From an uncultured Ignavibacteriaceae bacterium (lineage in GTDB: Bacteria > Bacteroidota > Ignavibacteria > UBA10030), in NCBI GenBank assembly GCA_964614245.1, contig CAZTKU010000003.1:23021-47020 (forward strand): a stretch of DNA of 24,000 bases, read 5' to 3'. Below the pieces are notes generated by a model. That model was not told the DNA's origin and made no database searches. It saw only the letters and a list, made by a program, of their open reading frames with translations. Below are positions 8,679 to 16,140 of the stretch, piece by piece (the first letter of the stretch is position 1; every line of letters begins with the position of its first letter). A program made the position numbers and the translations under genes.

Positions 8679-9824
8679 CTACACCCTCCCCCGCAAGATC
8701 TTCCACTGGTCAACGATCTCCTCACCTCTGACAACGTAGTACCGATCGAAGTTCGCTGCGGTCAGGCAAGAATGGTGTTCGAGGATCCGAAGCCTGTCCC
8801 CAACCTTGAATTTTCCTTCAATGAATCGCGGATCGACCGTGACGACCTTGCCATGCTCCTGTGAGAGGGTTCTGTAGTGGATATGGGGATGGAGCCGTCT
8901 GCGCTCGTAGTCCTCGTAGATGATGCCCATATCCATGTCGTTTCTGATGTGCGTGGGACCCTGATCTTTCGACAGGGCGAGCGCGCCGGCATCCGTGATG
9001 AAGTAGGAGGCTCCCGGTTGATGCGAGATCACCGAAGAAAGCACGGTCAACGCGCACTCGGCTATCCCACAGCTGCCGAGCATGACCTGTGTGTAATCAT
9101 AGAACGCATAATTTCCCGGCCGCGCCTCATCAATGCCTTTGAGACTTTCGGCGACCGACAGTACAGGGGTCGAGCCGATGCTGATCATGGGGATGTTGTA
9201 CCCTTTGTCTCTCATCCTCTCGGCAAACTCGATCATAATGAACCGCTCTTGCTCCGCGTACGCAAGGATCTCTGCGCGGTTGTGCGCGCTGTACGACTGC
9301 CCGGAATGGCTCAGGATTCCATCAAAGATAAGCGTCTTCGATTCACTCAGCGAACGAAGAAGTTCCTCCGCCAGCGAAGAACGGGGGTCAACACCCGCGC
9401 GATGAAACCCGCAGTCAACCTTGAGCCAGACGTGAATCCGCTGGCCGGTTACCTGCGCAATGTGGTCGAGATGGCCGTGTGCTTCCAGACTATCAACCAC
9501 GACCCGAATCCGCGACTTCTCGTACAGTTCTGCAACCTTTGATGCATAGATCGGAGGAAGAGGAAAAGCCCACGTGATGTCGTTGAATCCCGCCGCTGCA
9601 AACTGCTCCGCCTCGTAAAACGTTGAAACGGTGACTCCGCGAGCCCCGAGCTCCAATTGGTGGTTTGCGATTTCGATGCACTTGTGCGTCTTGATATGAG
9701 GCCGCAGTGCGACACCAAGGGTGTTCGCCCGGTCCTGCATCGCGGTGAGGTTGCGCTCGAGAATGTCGTGATCAATCAAGAGCGCAGGAGTCGGAAGTTC
9801 ATGAATGCTGGTTACTGTGCCCAT
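8679..9824 (-). CDS. PLP-dependent D-threonine aldolase / D-serine dehydratase (DSD1)-family enzyme (alanine-racemase-N fold)
   Basis: The track ORF 8679..10034 starts at a GTG, and its first 70 residues are Arg/Ser-rich and not protein-like. I call the ATG at 9824 (MGTVTSIHELPTPALLIDHDILERN...), the typical family N-terminus. PLP-lysine motif RPHIKTHK. Confidence 0.8.
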   Translation of the reverse strand: MGTVTSIHELPTPALLIDHDILERNLTAMQDRANTLGVALRPHIKTHKCIEIANHQLELGARGVTVSTFYEAEQFAAAGFNDITWAFPLPPIYASKVAELYEKSRIRVVVDSLEAHGHLDHIAQVTGQRIHVWLKVDCGFHRAGVDPRSSLAEELLRSLSESKTLIFDGILSHSGQSYSAHNRAEILAYAEQERFIMIEFAERMRDKGYNIPMISIGSTPVLSVAESLKGIDEARPGNYAFYDYTQVMLGSCGIAECALTVLSSVISHQPGASYFITDAGALALSKDQGPTHIRNDMDMGIIYEDYERRRLHPHIHYRTLSQEHGKVVTVDPRFIEGKFKVGDRLRILEHHSCLTAANFDRYYVVRGEEIVDQWKILRGRV

Positions 9825-10306
9825 AGCATTAAGGGAAAGTAAGCAAGAGTTGGAGTCAGTACGCTCTTGACGGGTTCGGTTTGTCCGCGAACCTGCTCGG
9901 TGCGAGGAACCGTCTCTGAGATTCTGTGTGATGCAGCACGGGAGTCTCGAACGGACCTGAGCGTGTAGCCGGCATATCGAGACGCGGAAACCGCCCCTCC
10001 TGAATGGCGGTTGCGATTCCACCGCCAAATCCACCGGCTAGTGTTTTCGTGCAACACAAAGCATCGCCCCGCGTTCTCCACTACAACGGCCTCCATGAGC
10101 TTGTCCTGCAGGTGCAACGTACGGAGGTCGAACAAGTCGATACTAGGATAGCGGATTTCCGGGACATTCTCATTGACCCAGTGCACACCAAGCCCAAGAG
10201 TTACAGCGGTCACGTCGGATCCTTCCTGTGCAATCCAAGCCCGTCTAGCTGGAGCTTGTCGTAATCGCCGGAGATATGCCCTTCAATGATGCAGAAAGTT
10301 GATCAG

Positions 10307-10335
10307 AAAAAAAAGATCGCCCCAAAAGGGCGATC
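10307..10335 (-). terminator. Rho-independent terminator of cassette A
   Basis: Minus strand reads GATCGCCC-TTTT-GGGCGATC followed directly by T8, about 40 nt downstream of the TGA at 10377-10379. Confidence 0.8.
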
Positions 10336-10376
10336 CGTGTAACAGCGTGTATGTCTACAAGAGGATTTAGACAAGC

Positions 10377-11600
10377 TCACTCAAACCATGAAACGATCTC
10401 ATAGTTACCCGTCGTGGGGAAGAACGGCGGCGCGTCAAACATCAGTCGCTCGTCATACAGATAGTTCTTGAGAAAACCGTCCTCCAGACTCGGTGGGCTG
10501 CCGCTGAAGGTTCCAACAGCCCCTCTCTTATTTTGCTGGATCCCTCCCAGCAGCTTGATCCTTCCCTCCACACCACGCGAGCCATATTTCTCTGCAGTAA
10601 AACCACCAGAGCGGGAGAAGGTCGAAGCGTGGAGATTGAAATCATTTGCATTGTTCGCGGTGTTGTTGGCTATCAGGATGTTGTTCTCTGCTACGAGACC
10701 ACAAATGTCATCAGATGGACCCAGGAGAGGATTTTGTTCATACACCAGGTCGTCATCAAGAAAGATGTTCCCTCTGGTGTTGGAGCCCGTGGTCCCACCC
10801 GCACCAAGAGTGACCCTGCCGTTGACAGTGCCCCAGGTGTGAACGTTTGTCCCGTTGGCATAGATAACACCGTTCGGGGCGAACGTCGAGAGGGGCTCTT
10901 CGCTCCAGGAGGAACTGACACCCTGTTTCCACTTCACATTTCCGTTGCTCTTGAATTCTATGTAGACAGAATCCGGACCGGTGAAGAGTTTTCCTCCATT
11001 GTTGGCAGCTGTCAGAAGGGGATCGAGGTTTGCTGGGAGGCTGACGCTGACACCGCTCTCGTATCCGCCCAGGAATTGTGGTTTGTCGACCGAGGGGCCG
11101 GTCTTGTAAATAATGGTTTTCAATGATGTGGTCCGTTGCTCGAAGACAGGTTTGCCCGCCACGCGCAGGTTGTCCTGTGTGTGCATGGGCCCCCATACCG
11201 TATCGCCCGTGATCCACCAGATTTCCCCCTCAATGTTACTGTAATAACCGAATCGTGAGAAGCTGCTCGGTTGGAGGAGGACGGCGACCGTGGAGAGATG
11301 ACCCATAAAACTGGCCGTTGTGACAACCTTGATCTGATTGACGTCGGCATCCGACACTCGTGCATTGAACGTGCCGCCCATGAAGGCTTTGTTTGCGAAT
11401 CCACCCCTCCAGGCAAAGTTTTCCCACAGTGCTCGAGCAGCCATATTCGTTCCAGCTGCAGCAATACTGTGTGCCTCACTTCCCTTATAGTAGCCAAGGT
11501 AATTGTCCATCGCTGAGCTGGAAACCTTGGAGATGTTCGAGCCTATCATCAGCAACGCAGTGCTGAAGCCCATAACCATGAGTAACGCCGCTTTTCCCAT
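10377..11600 (-). CDS. Large PilX/GspK-like pseudopilin-like protein (copy A)
   Basis: 407 aa with an ATG 8 nt after GGGGGAGGA. The N-terminus MGKAALLMVMGFSTALLMIGSNISKVSSS...AHSIAAAGTNMAARAL resembles the PilX_N pattern: a hydrophobic helix followed by an Ala-rich helix. The rest is Gly/Asn/Thr-rich and predicted beta-rich (GRVTLGAGGTTGSNTRGNIFLDDD, NNILIANNTANNAND), ending in ...YDERLMFDAPPFFP.... The function is an inference. Confidence 0.65.
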   Translation of the reverse strand: MGKAALLMVMGFSTALLMIGSNISKVSSSAMDNYLGYYKGSEAHSIAAAGTNMAARALWENFAWRGGFANKAFMGGTFNARVSDADVNQIKVVTTASFMGHLSTVAVLLQPSSFSRFGYYSNIEGEIWWITGDTVWGPMHTQDNLRVAGKPVFEQRTTSLKTIIYKTGPSVDKPQFLGGYESGVSVSLPANLDPLLTAANNGGKLFTGPDSVYIEFKSNGNVKWKQGVSSSWSEEPLSTFAPNGVIYANGTNVHTWGTVNGRVTLGAGGTTGSNTRGNIFLDDDLVYEQNPLLGPSDDICGLVAENNILIANNTANNANDFNLHASTFSRSGGFTAEKYGSRGVEGRIKLLGGIQQNKRGAVGTFSGSPPSLEDGFLKNYLYDERLMFDAPPFFPTTGNYEIVSWFE

Positions 11601-11616
11601 GACAAGTTCCTCCCCC

Positions 11617-12264
11617 TTATCGGTTTCGTAAGTTTCGTGACGCCAGGCGAATCTGCCGCCAATACACCTTGAAATCTGCCGAGTCCGCTGCCTCTGATGT
11701 ATACTCCACCTTCATCAACGGCGCCGGGCTCTCCAGTGAAATGTTGATCTCCATCGTATAGATCAACCTGGGATCAGGGACCGGAAACGGAATGGTGTCT
11801 CCCAGGGCATCGTAATAACGAAGGCTGAACTGTGTTACCCCAAGGTTCCATCCCTTTGCCGCATTGCCGTTGACGATGCGATACAGATACCGGTCGTGCG
11901 GATTCGGAGTGCTGGACAACTCAGAGGTGTCTCCCAGAGAGTAATAAATCGTATCCACAACACCATCACCGATATCACCGGGACTGCTTGGGATATCGGT
12001 CAAGAACTTGATGGCGTGGGAATCGGCACTGACAATCGCCGTGTTGGGTGGTTGGATCTTTTTGTAATCCTTGCAGTAGCCGATCTTGCGGAAGTCGGAT
12101 TCGACAACATCGACTAATGCCACAATGCTTTGCTGGAGGTTGAGATTGTTCTGGTAGACGGCGTTGGTTTCAATGGCCTGAGCATTCAGGCGCAACGCCA
12201 TCAGCAGAAGCACAGAGCCAACAACGGTGGCGCTGACGATATCGAAGATAGTACTAGCACCCAT
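11617..12264 (-). CDS. PilW/GspJ-like pseudopilin-like protein (copy A)
   Basis: 215 aa with an ATG 5 nt after GAGGTGA. N-terminal hydrophobic segment MGASTIFDIVSATVVGSVLLLMAL. This is followed by AVYQNNLNLQQSIVALVDVVESDFRKIGYC, which resembles the conserved helix-to-globular junction of PilW/GspJ-type minor pilins (recalled pattern ...Q..L....aR.al..l..DlR.AGY). Confidence 0.65.
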   Translation of the reverse strand: MGASTIFDIVSATVVGSVLLLMALRLNAQAIETNAVYQNNLNLQQSIVALVDVVESDFRKIGYCKDYKKIQPPNTAIVSADSHAIKFLTDIPSSPGDIGDGVVDTIYYSLGDTSELSSTPNPHDRYLYRIVNGNAAKGWNLGVTQFSLRYYDALGDTIPFPVPDPRLIYTMEINISLESPAPLMKVEYTSEAADSADFKVYWRQIRLASRNLRNR

Positions 12265-12272
12265 GGTTCACC

Positions 12273-12764
12273 TCACCGGAATGACCAGTAGCTGAAAATG
12301 TAAGACATCTTCACCGTGTCCTGAGCGTTATCCGCTTTGACAAACACCGTGAGCTTCTTGTTCCATGTGCGACCGCTGGCTGTGCCGTTGGGATCAGATG
12401 TGTCAGTATACGCAACCGTGCCCCATCTCTTGAAAGCGTCGACACCCTGGATGTGAACAGTATCCGTCCAGCCATTATAGTCGTCGAAGTCGTCAAAGGT
12501 ATCACGCGTTGTCTCACCCGCCTCCTTGCCGAGCGTCGAACTCAACTCATTCGTGCTCAAGGCGAGGCTGTCAAGGGTATTCTTGTCATACGCCTTACCC
12601 TGCGACTCTTCAATGATGGACATACCGAGTGAGATGCCGAAGATACCGATCTCGGTTTGTTGAAGGATCACGCCGTGCTGGCTGAACGTCCGGTTGATGC
12701 TGACGACGTTCGATCCCAGCAACACAATGGCAATGATGGTCAGAAGCGTTTGACCCGTATTCAT
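12273..12764 (-). CDS. Small PilV/GspI-like pseudopilin-like protein (copy A)
   Basis: 163 aa. The N-terminus MNTG-QTLLTIIAIVLLGS resembles a class-III (prepilin) signal, G then Q-T-L-L, but has Thr instead of Glu at +5 and only a 4-residue leader. AGGAAGG lies 9 nt upstream of the ATG. Confidence 0.65.
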   Translation of the reverse strand: MNTGQTLLTIIAIVLLGSNVVSINRTFSQHGVILQQTEIGIFGISLGMSIIEESQGKAYDKNTLDSLALSTNELSSTLGKEAGETTRDTFDDFDDYNGWTDTVHIQGVDAFKRWGTVAYTDTSDPNGTASGRTWNKKLTVFVKADNAQDTVKMSYIFSYWSFR

Positions 12765-12867
12765 AGCAATGCACCTTCCTGCAAGTCAGACCGAAGTGAC
12801 TGCTGTGCGGTACGAAATTCTTAGGTGTGATAACAAGGTCTGGCGACTCAATCCAACATCTCCACCT

Positions 12868-12896
12868 ATTATAACCGATTTTGAGAATAAGGTCAA
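12868..12896 (-). promoter_or_regulatory. Near-consensus sigma70 promoter for cassette A
   Basis: Minus strand reads TTGACC (12896-12891), an exactly 17-nt spacer (ttattctcaaaatcggt), then TATAAT (12873-12868). The predicted transcript start is near 12861, giving a leader of about 95 nt before the ATG at 12764. Confidence 0.6.
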
Positions 12897-13153
12897 ATGA
12901 TCCCCATCACCGGAGCCCTGCAAGTTGACGAGCTTGACCGCAGGCCGGTCTCCGTGGATAAGGCAATAAAGCCAAGAGGCTGCAAATGACCCCGAAAAAC
13001 ACAGCTTTCTGTAGCAGGTGGGAATTGTGAATGTTTGCGCTTCGGGGGCTCTGGGCAAAACCTGGTGGTCAATGCAAACAGCAAGGGTGGTTAAAGCCCG
13101 GAGGAAAAGGGCATCAGGTCAGAGTGAAGGAGTTTTGGCGGACTTAAAGCAGT

Positions 13154-13191
13154 GTGCCCGCTTCGGGTGATGCTTCCGCTGAAGCGGGCAC
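13154..13191 (-). terminator. Strong hairpin downstream of cassette B (candidate terminator)
   Basis: GTGCCCGCTTC (13154-13164) pairs with GAAGCGGGCAC (13181-13191): an 11-bp perfect stem with a 16-nt loop, 62 nt downstream of the TAA at 13254-13256. There is no U-tract on the minus-strand side. The T-rich run (gagattttatt) is on the + side, so its role is uncertain. Confidence 0.4.
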
Positions 13192-13253
13192 GAGATTTTA
13201 TTCAACGGGTGGAGAAACCCTTCTTTGGATCTAGGATAGACGTCCCTCCTTTA

Positions 13254-14477
13254 TTACTCGAACCATGAAACGATCTCATAGTTACCCGTTGTGGGGAAGA
13301 ACGGCGGTGCGTCAAACATGAGTCGGTCATCATACAGATAGTTCTTGAGAAACCCGTTCTGCAGGACTGGTGGGCTGCCAGAAAACGTACCCACAGCGCC
13401 TCTCTTGTTTTGCTGGATCCCTCCCAGCAGCTTTATCCTTCCCTCTACATTGCGCGAGCCGTATTTCTCTGCAGTAAAACCACCAGAGCGGGAGAAGGTC
13501 GAAGCGTGGAGATTGAAATCATTTGCATTGTTCGCGGTGTTGTTGGCTATCAGGATGTTGTTCTCTGCTACGAGACCACAAATGTCATCAGATGGACCCA
13601 GGAGAGGATTTTGTTCATACACCAGGTCGTCATCAAGAAAGATGTTCCCTCTGGTGTTGGAGCCCGTGGTCCCACCCGCACCAAGAGTGACCCTGCCGTT
13701 GACAGTGCCCCAGGTGTGAACGTTTGTCCCGTTGGCATAGATAACACCGTTCGGGGCGAACGTCGAGAGGGGCTCTTCGCTCCAGGAGGAACTGACACCC
13801 TGTTTCCACTTCACATTTCCGTTGCTCTTGAATTCTATGTAGACAGAATCCGGACCGGTGAAGAGTTTTCCTCCATTGTTGGCAGCTGTCAGAAGGGGAT
13901 CGAGGTTTGCTGGGAGGCTGACGCTGACACCGCTCTCGTATCCGCCCAGGAATTGTGGTTTGTCGACCGAGGGGCCGGTCTTGTAAATAATGGTTTTCAA
14001 TGATGTGGTCCGTTGCTCGAAGACAGGTTTGCCCGCCACGCGCAGGTTGTCCTGTGTGTGCATGGGCCCCCATACCGTATCGCCCGTGATCCACCAGATT
14101 TCCCCCTCAATGTTACTGTAATAACCGAATCGTGAGAAGCTGCTCGGTTGGAGGAGGACGGCGACCGTGGAGAGATGACCCATAAAACTGGCCGTTGTGA
14201 CAACCTTGATCTGATTGACGTCGGCATCCGACACTCGTGCATTGAACGTGCCGCCCATGAAGGCTTTGTTTGCGAATCCACCCCTCCAGGCAAAGTTTTC
14301 CCACAGTGCTCGAGCAGCCATATTCGTTCCAGCTGCAGCAATACTGTGTGCCTCACTTCCCTTATAGTAGCCAAGGTAATTGTCCATCGCTGAGCTGGAA
14401 ACCTTGGAGATGTTCGAGCCTATCATCAGCAACGCAGTGCTGAAGCCCATAACCATGAGTAACGCCGCTTTTCCCAT
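13254..14477 (-). CDS. Large PilX/GspK-like pseudopilin-like protein (copy B)
   Basis: 407 aa. Identical to copy A through residue 342. Differs at G343N, S371V, E373Q, D374N and E384D. Confidence 0.65.
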   Translation of the reverse strand: MGKAALLMVMGFSTALLMIGSNISKVSSSAMDNYLGYYKGSEAHSIAAAGTNMAARALWENFAWRGGFANKAFMGGTFNARVSDADVNQIKVVTTASFMGHLSTVAVLLQPSSFSRFGYYSNIEGEIWWITGDTVWGPMHTQDNLRVAGKPVFEQRTTSLKTIIYKTGPSVDKPQFLGGYESGVSVSLPANLDPLLTAANNGGKLFTGPDSVYIEFKSNGNVKWKQGVSSSWSEEPLSTFAPNGVIYANGTNVHTWGTVNGRVTLGAGGTTGSNTRGNIFLDDDLVYEQNPLLGPSDDICGLVAENNILIANNTANNANDFNLHASTFSRSGGFTAEKYGSRNVEGRIKLLGGIQQNKRGAVGTFSGSPPVLQNGFLKNYLYDDRLMFDAPPFFPTTGNYEIVSWFE

Positions 14478-14493
14478 GACAAGTTCCTCCCCC

Positions 14494-15141
14494 TTATCGG
14501 TTTCGTAAGTTTCGTGACGCCAGGCGAATCTGCCGCCAATACACCTTGAAATCTGCCGAGTCCGCTGCCTCTGATGTATACTCCACCTTCATCAACGGCG
14601 CCGGGCTCTCCAGTGAAATGTTGATCTCCATCGTATAGATCAACCTGGGATCAGGGACCGGAAACGGAATGGTGTCTCCCAGGGCATCGTAATAACGAAG
14701 GCTGAACTGTGTTACCCCAAGGTTCCATCCCTTTGCCGCATTGCCGTTGACGATGCGATACAGATACCGGTCGTGCGGATTCGGAGTGCTGGACAACTCA
14801 GAGGTGTCTCCCAGAGAGTAATAAATCGTATCCACAACACCATCACCGATATCACCGGGACTGCTTGGGATATCGGTCAAGAACTTGATGGCGTGGGAAT
14901 CGGCACTGACAATCGCCGTGTTGGGTGGTTGGATCTTTTTGTAATCCTTGCAGTAGCCGATCTTGCGGAAGTCGGATTCGACAACATCGACTAATGCCAC
15001 AATGCTTTGCTGGAGGTTGAGATTGTTCTGGTAGACGGCGTTGGTTTCAATGGCCTGAGCATTCAGGCGCAACGCCATCAGCAGAAGCACAGAGCCAACA
15101 ACGGTGGCGCTGACGATATCGAAGATAGTACTAGCACCCAT
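14494..15141 (-). CDS. PilW/GspJ-like pseudopilin-like protein (copy B)
   Basis: 215 aa, 100% identical to copy A at both nucleotide and protein level. Confidence 0.65.
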   Translation of the reverse strand: MGASTIFDIVSATVVGSVLLLMALRLNAQAIETNAVYQNNLNLQQSIVALVDVVESDFRKIGYCKDYKKIQPPNTAIVSADSHAIKFLTDIPSSPGDIGDGVVDTIYYSLGDTSELSSTPNPHDRYLYRIVNGNAAKGWNLGVTQFSLRYYDALGDTIPFPVPDPRLIYTMEINISLESPAPLMKVEYTSEAADSADFKVYWRQIRLASRNLRNR

Positions 15142-15149
15142 GGTTCACC

Positions 15150-15641
15150 TCACCGGAATGACCAGTAGCTGAAAATGTAAGACATCTTCACCGTGTCCTG
15201 AGCGTTATCCGCTTTGACAAACACCGTGAGCTTCTTGTTCCATGTGCGACCGCTGGCTGTGCCGTTGGGATCAGATGTGTCAGTATACGCAACCGTGCCC
15301 CATCTCTTGAAAGCGTCGACACCCTGGATGTGAACAGTATCCGTCCAGCCATTATAGTCGTCGAAGTCGTCAAAGGTATCACGCGTTGTCTCACCCGCCT
15401 CCTTGCCGAGCGTCGAACTCAACTCATTCGTGCTCAAGGCGAGGCTGTCAAGGGTATTCTTGTCATACGCCTTACCCTGCGACTCTTCAATGATGGACAT
15501 ACCGAGTGAGATGCCGAAGATACCGATCTCGGTTTGTTGAAGGATCACGCCGTGCTGGCTGAACGTCCGGTTGATGCTGACGACGTTCGATCCCAGCAAC
15601 ACAATGGCGACGATCGTGAGCAGTGTCTGGCCAGTGTTCAT
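15150..15641 (-). CDS. Small PilV/GspI-like pseudopilin-like protein (copy B)
   Basis: 163 aa with one replacement relative to copy A (I11V). Codons 2-9 all differ from copy A at the synonymous third position. GGAGAAAGG lies upstream of the ATG. Confidence 0.65.
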   Translation of the reverse strand: MNTGQTLLTIVAIVLLGSNVVSINRTFSQHGVILQQTEIGIFGISLGMSIIEESQGKAYDKNTLDSLALSTNELSSTLGKEAGETTRDTFDDFDDYNGWTDTVHIQGVDAFKRWGTVAYTDTSDPNGTASGRTWNKKLTVFVKADNAQDTVKMSYIFSYWSFR

Positions 15642-15818
15642 TGCTAGTCCTTTCTCCGCTTCGTTGATTTCTCTTCAACGAGATGTTAAAGAAGTGCAGA
15701 AGATTCCTTGTTGATAACCTCAAAGGGCGTACCAGCGACAAGTTTGACGAACTCTGGAGGAAATTCTGGCTTTCTCAGAAACGACTCAGTTCAGACTCTT
15801 TGTAGGACGGAATCAAAC

Positions 15819-15833
15819 CGAGACAGTGTCTCG
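15819..15833. promoter_or_regulatory. Perfect 15-bp palindrome (possible operator) upstream of cassette B
   Basis: CGAGACA-G-TGTCTCG: 7-bp half-sites around one central base, about 180 nt upstream of the cassette B start codon in an ORF-free region. The function is speculative. Confidence 0.25.
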
Positions 15834-16140
15834 ATCAGCTACACACGCCGATGGGGGCAACGAAAGGTTTAGCTCGGCAGTATCATCCTCCGGGTTGCTG
15901 TGAAAAGTGTCATTTTGTAGAATCTTCACTTTGAGCATTCTCCGTCAGTTGAGGTCTCAGATCAAGCAGGGAACGAGCTACTCTCTCCGAGACGCAGCCC
16001 AAGCGCCATGAACGAGCTTTGTGCCAACCTGAACAATCAACTACGGCGCGACTCTTCTTGAGAGGTCTTTGAGGTGGGAAAAATTGAACGCTTTGAACCG
16101 GAGCGACAGAGAGAGAGAAAAACGAGGGAGATTATTCTTT

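Larger units (their letters stand above)
10377..12764 (-). repeat. Tandem duplicate copy A of the three-gene pseudopilin-like cassette
   Basis: Aligns to 13254..15641 at a constant offset of +2,877. By direct line-by-line comparison, 10585-12731 is identical to 13462-15608. Edges 10377-10584 (29 mismatches) and 12732-12761 (10 mismatches) are diverged. Confidence 0.95.
13254..15641 (-). repeat. Tandem duplicate copy B of the three-gene pseudopilin-like cassette
   Basis: See copy A. Homology starts at the stop codon (TAA here, TGA in A) and ends at the start codon of the first gene. The flanks cannot be aligned with those of copy A. Confidence 0.95.

Noticed and set aside
9825-10034. 70-residue N-terminal extension of the D-TA-family ORF (track start 10034).
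   Set aside because: The start codon is GTG and the extension is Arg/Ser/Cys-rich junk. Family members begin at the ...LPTPALLID... segment that directly follows the ATG at 9824.
12786-13084. Track ORFs 12786..13058 (90 aa) and 12893..13084 (63 aa) in the inter-copy spacer.
   Set aside because: Their composition is not protein-like, there is no ribosome-binding site, and they overlap the predicted cassette A promoter. Treated as chance ORFs.
10377-15641. Diversity-generating retroelement (template/variable repeat pair) explaining the variable C-terminus of the 407-aa protein.
   Set aside because: The 29 edge mismatches are of all substitution types, not adenine-specific. Most are synonymous. 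No reverse transcriptase is present, and the repeat is a whole three-gene block rather than a ~100-bp TR/VR pair.
10300-15700. Duplication mediated by a mobile element, or an invertible/phase-variable promoter switch.
   Set aside because: There is no transposase, integrase or recombinase gene, no terminal inverted repeats and no target-site duplications at the copy boundaries. The only repeat flanking the cassette A promoter is a direct 9-mer (CCTGCAAGT at 12778 and 12917), which is expected by chance in a region this size.
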